64,000 nt of DNA from Eubacteriales bacterium (GCA_045631745.1 JAZQVI010000028.1:1489-65488); one strand, 5' to 3'; shown: positions 35,998-44,388, counted from the first letter of the stretch. A program made the numbers and translations. The notes: generated by a model not told the origin, from the letters alone.

Positions 35998-37506
35998 TTA
36001 GTCGATTTCGTAGTTTTGCAGGAATTCGTCGATCTTGATATCCAGAGAATCAGCCAGCGTGGTAACGGTGGAGATTACTTCAAACTTGTTGTTCACGATT
36101 TGACGAATGTCGGTATTCTTCTCATTGATCCAAGTGTAAAGACCTGCAGTCTCCAGGCAGATGGACTTTGCAACGATGTCAAAGATCTTTGCCTCGGTCT
36201 CGTTCTGTGCATAGTTGGTCTTCATGGTGTTCTCATAGTATGCGGGGTAGATGTAGTTGTAGGAGAGCGCCATGTACAGCTCATAGAAGTACGCAGCGTT
36301 CTCGGGATTTGCAGTCTGTGCAGGAATACCGGAAACGTTGGAGTTCCAGGTGGGAAGGAAGGACTTGTACTCGCCACCTGCCGTCTCCATGGGAACGGGC
36401 AACAGGCACTCCTCAACACCAAGCAGCTGTCTTGCAGCTCCGTATGCACCAATCATACCGATCTGGAAGAGCGCCTGGCCACGGTTGAACTCTGCAGCGC
36501 TTCCATTCTCTGCAGGAATGTGAACGTACTTGGAACTGGTCTTGTCGCGAATTGCAGCCAGACGAGCCTGGTTCTCAGCGGAGTTAACGGTTACGTAGGG
36601 GAGGTCCTGACTGTTCTTTCCAATGGTGGTTCCGCCCAATGCATAGAAAAGGTTCTCACAACCGTACTCGGAAATTACAAGGGTGTACTTGTCATTCTCG
36701 TTGTTGTAAACGGTACCGGTTGCAAAATCTCCATCGTAGGTGAACAGCTTTTCAAACGTCCACTCCTTGTTGAGTGCGAGGTTGTACAGCTCCTGCTTCA
36801 GGTCCGTACCGTGCTGATCGGTCAGTGCGGTGTTGTTTACACAAGTAACCTGCGTACCCTTGATGTTACCGGTGGTGTAGTAGCCTGCGGTTGCCAACTG
36901 CTTGCCTCCAACGGAGAGCTGCTGGTTGAGGGTAGAGGTATAGTAGGTCTGGTCGTGGTGAATGAGGTTATCGTACTCGTTCAGATCCATGAGGACCTTC
37001 TCCTGAGCCAGCTTACCAAGGGTGGATCCACCGAACATGAGCAGATCATAGTCCTTGAGCATACCGCCCGAATGCAGGTCGATGAACTTTGCACTCTCAC
37101 TCTCTGTACCATCAAAGGTGTTGGGGTTCGTGCCGTATCCATTGTAAATGAGACGCGCGCCGGTCAGAGCCTCAAATTTCTGGTCGCGCTTGTAGCTTGC
37201 CTCTGCAACCTTGCTGGTTGCGATCTCATCGGTCTTGGGGGCGATGGGCTTGGGAACCCATGTGCTGGCAGATTTTCCGCCCAAGGAATAGCCAACAGTG
37301 AATTGCTCACCGTCGAAGGTCTTGTCCTCCAGGCCGGTCATGTTGTAGACCTCGTCTCTTACCTGAGCGGTGCCATTGCCGTCACCGGAACCGGAATCAT
37401 CTGCGGAGGGGTCGTTCTTCTTCCCAAACAAATCACAGGATGCGATCATCGGAAGCATCACCATGATTGCCAGGATCAGACACAGAAGTTTGCTTGTGGT
37501 TTTCAT
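35998..37506 (-). CDS. extracellular solute-binding-protein-like lipoprotein (orphan; no permease or ATPase genes nearby)
   Basis: Signal/lipobox MKTTSKLLCLILAIMVMLPMIASC, a D/S/G linker, and a ~500 aa size and composition typical of family-1 (LipO-like) SBPs. Strong SD aaaggagaa. The family assignment is by eye only. Confidence 0.6.
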   Translation of the reverse strand: MKTTSKLLCLILAIMVMLPMIASCDLFGKKNDPSADDSGSGDGNGTAQVRDEVYNMTGLEDKTFDGEQFTVGYSLGGKSASTWVPKPIAPKTDEIATSKVAEASYKRDQKFEALTGARLIYNGYGTNPNTFDGTESESAKFIDLHSGGMLKDYDLLMFGGSTLGKLAQEKVLMDLNEYDNLIHHDQTYYTSTLNQQLSVGGKQLATAGYYTTGNIKGTQVTCVNNTALTDQHGTDLKQELYNLALNKEWTFEKLFTYDGDFATGTVYNNENDKYTLVISEYGCENLFYALGGTTIGKNSQDLPYVTVNSAENQARLAAIRDKTSSKYVHIPAENGSAAEFNRGQALFQIGMIGAYGAARQLLGVEECLLPVPMETAGGEYKSFLPTWNSNVSGIPAQTANPENAAYFYELYMALSYNYIYPAYYENTMKTNYAQNETEAKIFDIVAKSICLETAGLYTWINEKNTDIRQIVNNKFEVISTVTTLADSLDIKIDEFLQNYEID

Positions 37507-37550
37507 GTTTTTTCTCCTTTTTTGTTTTTTTATTTAATGATACGATCGTA

Positions 37551-37850
37551 TCATTTTTCAGAGGTATCGCCCCAAGAGCCCTTGATGAAATCGTCATCAG
37601 ACATCTCACTCTTGTACTCTACTTCGGGAACCGGGGGTTCTGCGGGCTTTGTGGTTGCTGACGTGCCCTTGCCGTCATCCTCGTCGGAGACTTTGTCATC
37701 GCTGTTCTCGACGGGATCCGTGTCGTCGCTCTTATCTACCCAGGGAGCCTTCTCATCCAGCCAGGTCTTAAGCCCACAGGATGTAGTGAGCACGATCATC
37801 GCAAGACTGAGCACCAGCAAAAGAATTGCGCGTACGTTCATGTGTTTCAT
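37551..37850 (-). CDS. small acidic lipoprotein, unknown function
   Basis: MKHMNVRAILLLVLSLAMIVLTTSC followed by a D/E-rich mature part. The start was set to the ATG at 37850, behind SD aaaggag; the track start at 37886 overlaps the upstream gene. Confidence 0.6.
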   Translation of the reverse strand: MKHMNVRAILLLVLSLAMIVLTTSCGLKTWLDEKAPWVDKSDDTDPVENSDDKVSDEDDGKGTSATTKPAEPPVPEVEYKSEMSDDDFIKGSWGDTSEK

Positions 37851-37863
37851 ATCCATTCTCCTT

Positions 37864-40800
37864 TCACGCCAAGGGCTCGAGCGCACGATTGATCACACCG
37901 TTCTTGAAGGATACCGTCACCGCCTCTCCGCAAATGCGAAGTCCAAGCTTGCCGATCATCTTGAAGCTCTTGACCTCAAAATCGATCTGACCGATGTTGG
38001 TTGGAACGCCATCCAAAACTGCGCCGAAGATGTAGAATGCGCCAAGATCGGTTGCCAAGCAGTTGGTCATGGTTCCGTTTTCGGTTGCATTGATCGAGTC
38101 ATAAACGGTCGTTCCGCTCAAGCGGTAGAACATCTCAACGATCTTGCCGTCCGCATCCTTGTATCGCGCCGTAATCTCAAATCCTACACCGACACAGCTC
38201 GTATTGTAAACACCGCCGATAAAGCGGATGCTTTGCGTGCCGTCCTTCGCCTCGCTATACTGGATATCCACCACGTCGGAGCTATTCAGCGCCTTCTCGT
38301 AAAGCACGAAGGTCATGGGCTCGGTGATCACCAGAGCGGGATCGCCTTCCCAGGGAGGAAGCACAACCATTCCGGTTGCCTTATCCAGCCAAAGGGCATC
38401 CATTTTGGCACCTGCCTCGGGGAAGCTTTGGATCGAAACGCTGCCGTCTTCGCCAAGGAGCTCCTTTCTCAAAAGGCCGCCATTTTCATTTTCGAAGGTT
38501 ACGTACTGGAGCTGAGGCATCACGTCGGTATTCGATACCACACCCTCGTAGATGGAGATATCCTTAACATCCAGGATCTCGGTTCCATTGGCAGGCTTAG
38601 CCAACGTGCCGTAACTGGAAAATCCAACACAGAATGCAAGGGTCTTGGTGTCAAAATCAGAAAGTTTAACCCCCGCATTGGTGTTTTTCACGTTCTCGAG
38701 GTTCCAGGACATTGGCACCACCTCGTCACCGACCTTCAGGGAAATGACTCCCTTGTTGATGATCAGAACGTAACGAACGTATCCGTCCTCGTCGCATCCG
38801 TTCTTCCAAGGGTTACCCATCTTAAGACCGGTTCCGAACTCGCTGCTGCCGTCCGTTCTCATATAAATGTCCATGCCTGTGTAGAAGTTCTTGACGCCTC
38901 CGTCCATGTGGACTCGAACACCCGCAGTCTTGTTCGGGCTCTTAAGGTCATTGGTAAATCCTGCGTACATACCGGTATTACCGTTCATCTTGACATAATA
39001 CTCAACGGTATAAACGCTGTCGGTGGTCAAGGGCAGGTCGGTCAGGACACCGTAGCCGCCCCAGCCTTTGCTCGCGCCATTCTTGTCGACAACGTATGTA
39101 CTCAAGTTACTCTTGGTCACTCCGTAGGAATAGTTCTGCGTCGCATTCACGCCCTCGCGCTGATACGTGACGGCATCCTTATCCAAGCCCGAAAGCTGGA
39201 GCAAGAGAGGCCCGTTCTTGTCGAACGTCTGGCGCACAGTCAGCGCCGCGGACTCGGTAAAGGTCGTGGGAACCTGAATCTCCTCGCCGGTCGCCTTGTT
39301 GCGCCAACCCTGAAGGTTGACCATGCCAAGATCCGGGAAAGCAGTCAGCGTATAGCCGCTCTTGGGGATCTCATAGGTCGCCATCACCTTGCCTGAGCCA
39401 TTCTCAAAGGTCAGGAACTCCTGGTGCACAACCAGGATTGTCGTCTCGGTAAAGGTTGTGGATGCCAAAACATCCTCGCCGGTTCCCTTGTTGGTCCAAC
39501 CCCAAACGTTGGTAAAACCAAGATCCGGGAAGGTACCAAACGTCAGACCGTCGTCCTTGGGAATCTCATAAGTCTCCAAGACCTTGCCTTCTGCGTCCTC
39601 AAAAATCACGAACTCTTGGTGCGCAACCAGTGTCGTGGACTCGGTAAAGGTCACAGGAGTCTGAACCTTCTTGCCGGTCTCCTTGTCAGACCAATCCCAT
39701 ACATTGATCAAACCAACGTCGTGGAAGGTCTCCAGCGGCAAGCCGTCCACGGAGGGAATCTCATAGGTTGCCATGACCTTGCCGGTGCCATCCTCGTATG
39801 TCAAGAACTCCTGGTGTGCAACCAGCGTCGTTGACTCGGTAAAGGTCAAGGGGAACTCAACCTTCTCGCCGGTCTCCTTGTTATACCAGTGCCATACGTT
39901 GGTAATATCAAGCTCGGGGATCTCTTCAAGCGTCAGACCGCCCTCGAGAATCTCACGGTAGCCCAGTTCCTTGCCCGCTTCGTCCTCAAAGATCACGTAT
40001 TCTCTATATGTAGGAACTTCGGGAACCTCGGGCGCCTCATCGGGGTTGATAACGCCGGAATAGATGGAGATGTTCTTAACCTCAACAACCACATCGTCCT
40101 TTACAGGCTTGGTATAGCTGCTGCCTGCTCCCTTTTCACAATAACCCATCTGGAGGCAAAGCGTTTTTACAGTCCAATCATTTACCTTCGGGAACTGCTT
40201 GAGACCCGATCCGTTGGTATCCAGGTTCTCCGAACCTCGTGTAAGGTCATATCTTACACCGATATCCACGCCGTCAATGGAAAGCCCCATATACCGACCA
40301 TCAAAGGTCAGAACAAACCGAACAAATCCGTCCTCATCAGCCCTATCCGTCCAAACGTTGCCGTCCAACGCAACAGGTTCTCCGTTGTTCACTCCCTCTT
40401 TGTAATATCCGTTTACAAACCACTTGCTCTTCGTGCTAACCTTATTTCCAGCAGCATAAACGAGCACATCGGGGCCGTAATTGGGATAATTCAGGTTCTG
40501 GCAGAATCCCGCATAAAAGCTCATGGCATTGTTGGGATTCATCTTTGCGTAAAACTCGATGGTATAAGCCGTATCGCAGCCAAGTGGAAGGCCGGTGTTA
40601 AGCCCAATACCACCCAACACATCGCTGGAGCTACACACGATTTGCGTCGTGTCTTCGCCGCCCAACTTCACCTTGTTTCCGGAAGTTTGCGCCAGTATGG
40701 TTCCGTAAGGATTGTAGGTAACCGAATCCTTTGACAAGGAATCCATCTGCAAGAGCAGCGTCCCGTCATTGTATGGCGGAGGCACCGCAAACACCGACAT

Positions 40801-40887
40801 CGGAAGCGCCGTTGTCAGAATCAGCACGGCAAGAACAACCGCAATTAGCTTTGAAAGGGATGTTCGCTTCAAAAGGTTCTTCTTCAT
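37864..40887 (-). CDS. large secreted multidomain protein: two lectin/LamG-like jelly-roll modules, 4+1 Listeria/Bacteroides-type repeats, unknown C-terminal domain
   Basis: Type I signal MKKNLLKRTSLSKLIAVVLAVLILTTALPMSVFA. Two homologous ~240-aa modules (DGTLLLQMDSLSKDSVTY..YTIEFYAKMN..DEDGFVRFVLTFDG..VEVKNISIYSG versus NGPLLLQLSGLDKDAVTY..YTVEYYVKMN..DEDGYVRYVLIINK..LDVKDISIYEG). Four tandem 64-65-aa repeats (F.xFEDxxGKV..YEIP....L..FPDLG..NVWGW..K.TGE.V..P.TFTESTTLVAHQE). SD aaaggagga; start set to the ATG at 40887. Confidence 0.85.
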   Translation of the reverse strand: MKKNLLKRTSLSKLIAVVLAVLILTTALPMSVFAVPPPYNDGTLLLQMDSLSKDSVTYNPYGTILAQTSGNKVKLGGEDTTQIVCSSSDVLGGIGLNTGLPLGCDTAYTIEFYAKMNPNNAMSFYAGFCQNLNYPNYGPDVLVYAAGNKVSTKSKWFVNGYYKEGVNNGEPVALDGNVWTDRADEDGFVRFVLTFDGRYMGLSIDGVDIGVRYDLTRGSENLDTNGSGLKQFPKVNDWTVKTLCLQMGYCEKGAGSSYTKPVKDDVVVEVKNISIYSGVINPDEAPEVPEVPTYREYVIFEDEAGKELGYREILEGGLTLEEIPELDITNVWHWYNKETGEKVEFPLTFTESTTLVAHQEFLTYEDGTGKVMATYEIPSVDGLPLETFHDVGLINVWDWSDKETGKKVQTPVTFTESTTLVAHQEFVIFEDAEGKVLETYEIPKDDGLTFGTFPDLGFTNVWGWTNKGTGEDVLASTTFTETTILVVHQEFLTFENGSGKVMATYEIPKSGYTLTAFPDLGMVNLQGWRNKATGEEIQVPTTFTESAALTVRQTFDKNGPLLLQLSGLDKDAVTYQREGVNATQNYSYGVTKSNLSTYVVDKNGASKGWGGYGVLTDLPLTTDSVYTVEYYVKMNGNTGMYAGFTNDLKSPNKTAGVRVHMDGGVKNFYTGMDIYMRTDGSSEFGTGLKMGNPWKNGCDEDGYVRYVLIINKGVISLKVGDEVVPMSWNLENVKNTNAGVKLSDFDTKTLAFCVGFSSYGTLAKPANGTEILDVKDISIYEGVVSNTDVMPQLQYVTFENENGGLLRKELLGEDGSVSIQSFPEAGAKMDALWLDKATGMVVLPPWEGDPALVITEPMTFVLYEKALNSSDVVDIQYSEAKDGTQSIRFIGGVYNTSCVGVGFEITARYKDADGKIVEMFYRLSGTTVYDSINATENGTMTNCLATDLGAFYIFGAVLDGVPTNIGQIDFEVKSFKMIGKLGLRICGEAVTVSFKNGVINRALEPLA
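39226..39999 (-). repeat. four tandem ~195-bp coding repeats (Listeria/Bacteroides Flg_new-like modules) inside the large secreted protein gene
   Basis: Protein residues 309-566 of the track ORF divide into units of 64, 65, 65 and 64 aa, each ending in TFTES..L.V.Q. Confidence 0.8.
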
Positions 40888-40982
40888 TCTGTTTCCTCCT
40901 TTGTTGAAACTGCACAATTTCAATCCGTCGCGATATGCAAAAAGACGATACTTCGACGAAAGAAAAGTTGGTGTACGAGGCT

Positions 40983-41011
40983 ATTGTATCATATAGCAAA
41001 AATGACTTCAA
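40983..41011 (-). promoter_or_regulatory. sigma-A promoter for the 7-gene exported-protein operon
   Basis: Minus strand TTGAAG (41011-41006), 17 nt spacer, TGaTACAAT (TACAAT 40988-40983). Confidence 0.55.
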
Positions 41012-41139
41012 GCACTGTTCTTCTCTAATTATGATACTTTTGTCTTTTTTTGCGAGAATAAAGTAAAAATTTGCACGCTTTACTCTTGGAAAAGGATAAA
41101 ATTGAAATTTTCCTCACAGCACCCCCTCTTCGACAAGGA

Positions 41140-41190
41140 AAAAAGCACCAAAAAAGGGTGTCTCGAATGCGTTTTTCATTCGAGACACCC
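41140..41190 (-). terminator. intrinsic terminator after the GT8-PlsC-membrane protein operon
   Basis: 14-bp hairpin gggtgtctcgaatg..cattcgagacaccc, followed on the minus strand by ttttttggtgctttttt. Confidence 0.75.
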
Positions 41191-41204
41191 CTTTGGGGTG
41201 AGGG

Positions 41205-41780
41205 TCAGAGGGGCGGTCTTGCCCCTTCCCTTCTTTTCAGCCGCTCCAGCGCCGCCTGCAGCATAGGGGTATTATAGCGAAGCGCCAACGTCGGCAGGAT
41301 ATTTAAAAACAAATTGACAATAGCAACGGGAAGCGCAACCGTGAAGGCACAAACGTTCGGGATTGTGAGCATGGCCAAAAATCCGATGGGATAGGAGAGC
41401 CTGTGCGTGAGAACCCCCTTGTTACATTCTATAATGAAACGTTCGATATACGCGGGGTTGTCCGGCTCGCGCAGAACCTTCTTACTGAATCCCCCAAGAC
41501 CGCCAAGCTCCCAGACCCTATCCTTCCAACGTCTTACCTTTATTTTTTTATAGAGCTGTCGCTCCCACTCACTCACGCGATAGAGAGGATTCTCCACGCC
41601 AAACCATTTGTTTGGCATTTTGTTGATGGCAATCGCCCAAAAGCCGTCCAGTGCAAACTGGAGCGCGGTACACCAAACCACGGCGGCGATCACGTAATAC
41701 CACGGGGCGATTCCGACGGCAATATTAACGGCAGAGATCAACGCCATCGCGCCTCCGATGATGGATAGATAAAGTCTCAT
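41205..41780 (-). CDS. integral membrane protein, possibly glycosyl-4,4'-diaponeurosporenoate acyltransferase (CrtO)-like
   Basis: Four predicted TM segments and a central W..R.WK basic loop. ATGA overlap with the upstream acyltransferase gene. The family call is tentative. Confidence 0.5.
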   Translation of the reverse strand: MRLYLSIIGGAMALISAVNIAVGIAPWYYVIAAVVWCTALQFALDGFWAIAINKMPNKWFGVENPLYRVSEWERQLYKKIKVRRWKDRVWELGGLGGFSKKVLREPDNPAYIERFIIECNKGVLTHRLSYPIGFLAMLTIPNVCAFTVALPVAIVNLFLNILPTLALRYNTPMLQAALERLKRREGARPPL

Positions 41781-42607
41781 CTCTCACCGTACACAAGGGG
41801 CTTTTGATAAAACTCCTCGTAGACTCCTACCCACGCCTCGTAGTTTTCCCGTTTCATCTTCTCCCTCGCCTCTGCCGCCGAAAGGCTCGCGTCGGGATAG
41901 ATGGCAGGCAGGATATGAATGATGTATTCCTGCACGAAAAAGCCCTCTCCGTCCGACACGTCACTGTCCTCCATGGTGATAAAGATGGGCACGACGGGAG
42001 TCCTATTCCGCACCGCCAGCGAGAACGCGCCGTCCTGCATGGGCTTTGGCTTGCGATAGTTCCACCACATACTCTGCTCGGGATAGATCAAGATGGTCTC
42101 CCCTCTCTCCAAAAGCGTGCTCACCGCGCGCAGAAATTTCTTCATAGTCGCGGTCTGACTTGACAGAGGGAGCGTGTTGCAATGCCGCATGAAAAGACCG
42201 AAAGGCTTAGGGGGATTGGTGTAGTTCCCTTCCCGAATGACCTTGTACAGCATTTTCCCGTCCATATGATCGCGCAATGCGACCCAGACTGCATAATTGT
42301 CGCAAACACTGAAATGGTTACAGGTAACAAATCTTCCTCCCTTGACGGCGGTGAAATTCTCGATCCCGCGGATCTCCTTGATCATCAACTGACGGTTTGC
42401 AATCATGTTGTCAAAGAAGCGCGCACCGGCGATATTGGCAATCTTATTCATGATTTTGCTCGACAGCTTTTCGTTCAGATAGTCCACCTTGTCAGGCATG
42501 AGAGGATAGGTCTCGGGGTCGTCCTCAACATCCAGGTGCCACAGCTCTTTTTTTTCAAGCTCCTCGATTCGTGCGAGCAGCTCTGATTTATGCGATGATC
42601 GCTCCAT
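41777..42607 (-). CDS. lysophospholipid (1-acyl-sn-glycerol-3-phosphate) acyltransferase family protein
   Basis: PlsC-type motif CNHFSVCD (NHxxxxD) and IYPEQS (like FPEGT). Confidence 0.78.
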   Translation of the reverse strand: MERSSHKSELLARIEELEKKELWHLDVEDDPETYPLMPDKVDYLNEKLSSKIMNKIANIAGARFFDNMIANRQLMIKEIRGIENFTAVKGGRFVTCNHFSVCDNYAVWVALRDHMDGKMLYKVIREGNYTNPPKPFGLFMRHCNTLPLSSQTATMKKFLRAVSTLLERGETILIYPEQSMWWNYRKPKPMQDGAFSLAVRNRTPVVPIFITMEDSDVSDGEGFFVQEYIIHILPAIYPDASLSAAEAREKMKRENYEAWVGVYEEFYQKPLVYGER

Positions 42608-43538
42608 ACGTTCCCTCCTGTGAAAGTTTTTTTACAAACGTGTTTCCGGAATCCACGATCCGCATCGCATGATCCAGAATTTCTTTCGCCGACGCTTCCT
42701 TCTTGGCACGGTCTGCGTCACTGAAATTTTGCCTTCTGTGGCAAATTTCCTCATAGAACGGAGAACACTTGGCATACTGCCAAAAATACTCGCCGTACAT
42801 CACGTCATCATACTGCCAGGGCTTTTTGTAGAGCGCGTAATGCAGGATCCTCTCCCGCCCCTCGCATGGCAAGGGCATCGGCTCCTTGTTCCAACCGTTC
42901 GGAAGGACATGGATTCTGCCCGCGCACAGATAATTCAGATATGCCTGATCGGGATCAAGTAGGTCAAAATCATGCTCGGTAATAAGCCGAATGAATTGAT
43001 CCTCGATCCCCGCCCTTCTGTATTCCGCGAGGTTCATCAAAAGCACACCTGCATTCACATATGTATCGGGGTCAACGCCAAGCGCCTTTTCAGCGTACAG
43101 TCTGAATTCCCTCGTATTCTGCACGAACGCCTCAGGTGCCGCACCCAAAATGTGATTTCCCAGTTCGGTTTGATACAGCTCGGAGATATCCCCAAGCACC
43201 ACGAGATCACAGTCCAGATACACCGCCTTATCGTACTGTGGAAAGAGCGATGCGATAAACATTCTGTAATAGGTAACAATGGAAAAATGGTACACGTCCT
43301 TGAGGCGCGATTTGATCGACGCGAGTTGCTCGGAAATATTCACAAACTCAATCCGCACGCCCGATCGCTCGTTCTGCTTCACCGTCTCTGCACTTTTCTC
43401 GGAAACGCCCGTGTTCATAACAATGATCCTGTAGTCGTAATCCCTTGATGCATTCTCGATTAAAGAACGCAGTGCCACGTCAAGATAGGGGATGTAGTTG
43501 TCGTCGGTGGAAAAGAAAATCGGGATCTCCTTTTTCAT
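42588..43538 (-). CDS. glycosyltransferase family 8
   Basis: IFFSTDDNY.PYL.V.. and YLDCDLVV (DxD), with NAGVLLMNL. The start was set to the ATG at 43538, behind SD aaaaggag. It overlaps the downstream gene by 20 nt. Confidence 0.84.
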   Translation of the reverse strand: MKKEIPIFFSTDDNYIPYLDVALRSLIENASRDYDYRIIVMNTGVSEKSAETVKQNERSGVRIEFVNISEQLASIKSRLKDVYHFSIVTYYRMFIASLFPQYDKAVYLDCDLVVLGDISELYQTELGNHILGAAPEAFVQNTREFRLYAEKALGVDPDTYVNAGVLLMNLAEYRRAGIEDQFIRLITEHDFDLLDPDQAYLNYLCAGRIHVLPNGWNKEPMPLPCEGRERILHYALYKKPWQYDDVMYGEYFWQYAKCSPFYEEICHRRQNFSDADRAKKEASAKEILDHAMRIVDSGNTFVKKLSQEGTYGAIIA

Positions 43539-43575
43539 ACGTATTACTCCTTTTTGGTTCTGTCCTTTGAGCTCC

Positions 43576-43604
43576 ATTATATGTTTGAGATCAAGGAAAG
43601 TCAA
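43576..43604 (-). promoter_or_regulatory. sigma-A promoter for the GT8 operon
   Basis: Minus strand TTGACT (43604-43599), 17 nt spacer, TATAAT (43581-43576). Confidence 0.6.
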
Positions 43605-43689
43605 CCGACCGCTTGGAGAGAGGGGTCTACACCTTTTAATCGCATCGGTAGAGTGACCTCTCCACTGCTCTACCGACAGTAGAATCAAT

Positions 43690-43730
43690 AAAAAACGCCC
43701 CGTTTCTTGCAAAACGGGACGTTTTTTTTG
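43690..43730. terminator. bidirectional intrinsic terminator after the XRE regulator gene
   Basis: Hairpin acgccccgttt..aaacgggacgt flanked by an A-run and a T-run. Confidence 0.65.
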
Positions 43731-43734
43731 CTTT

Positions 43735-44337
43735 TTATTGGTTTTTCGGTTTGTTGATAAACGACCACAGTACGATCACGATCTGACCTGCAACCCCCAG
43801 CAAATAGATGAGAGCAACATTGACACCGCAGTACAAAAAAGTGATCTGAATCGCCGACAGCACCGACCACATCAAAAGGGATATAATCAGATAATTATGC
43901 CTGGGATTAAACCAGATCGAATTGAAAACCAGCCGCACGATCAACACAACTGGCAAGGCGTAAATAAAGTACAGCCATTGAAAAGACATCTTACCAAGGA
44001 TCAGTGTGGTGATGATAAAGGCGATGATGGCAACAATCCAGCCTACGCTTTCCGAGACGTAGGAGATGGCACGTCGGTTGTATTTTCCCCCCTGCGTCTT
44101 GGGCTCGGATACAGTCTGCTCGATACGCTCTGCTCTCACCAGATCATCCAGCGTCACGCCGAACAGATCCGCAAGTTCAATCAGCACCGAGATGTCGGGC
44201 GCAGATTCCCCCCTCTCCCATTTGGAGATCGCCTTGTCCGAATAATTCAGTTTTTCAGCAAGCTCGAGCTGCGTCATATTGTTTTTCAGACGAAGTTCGG
44301 TGATATTCCTGGCAAGATTGCCTCTTACGTCTTTCAT
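43735..44337 (-). CDS. XRE-family HTH regulator with C-terminal multi-pass membrane domain
   Basis: HTH LRLKNNMTQLELAEKLNYSDKAISKWERGESAPD, followed by ~4 hydrophobic helices. The start was set to the ATG at 44337, behind SD aggag. Confidence 0.82.
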   Translation of the reverse strand: MKDVRGNLARNITELRLKNNMTQLELAEKLNYSDKAISKWERGESAPDISVLIELADLFGVTLDDLVRAERIEQTVSEPKTQGGKYNRRAISYVSESVGWIVAIIAFIITTLILGKMSFQWLYFIYALPVVLIVRLVFNSIWFNPRHNYLIISLLMWSVLSAIQITFLYCGVNVALIYLLGVAGQIVIVLWSFINKPKNQ

Positions 44338-44388
44338 GGTATGTTCTCCTGTCGCATAGGATATCCTCTGCAAATTGCTTTGTGTAAC

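Noticed and set aside
36016-39396. 1126-aa plus-strand ORF, the longest in the window. Similar long plus-strand ORFs include 29056..29967, 30748..31998, 32367..33497 and 34073..35956.
   Set aside because: All lie antisense to the minus-strand exported-protein genes, which have signal peptides, lipoboxes, SDs and conserved MBL motifs. The plus-strand products are V/L/G/R-rich with no motifs, and the 1126-aa ORF spans three separate minus-strand genes and their intergenic gaps.
43605-43690. Hairpin cggtagag-(14 nt)-ctctaccg whose loop is complementary to an upstream tggagagaggggtc segment (pseudoknot-like), considered as a riboswitch for the GT8 operon
   Set aside because: It lies upstream of the -35 box of the only good promoter and downstream of the XRE terminator, so it is probably not part of the GT8 mRNA. 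It may be a protein-binding site or chance structure.
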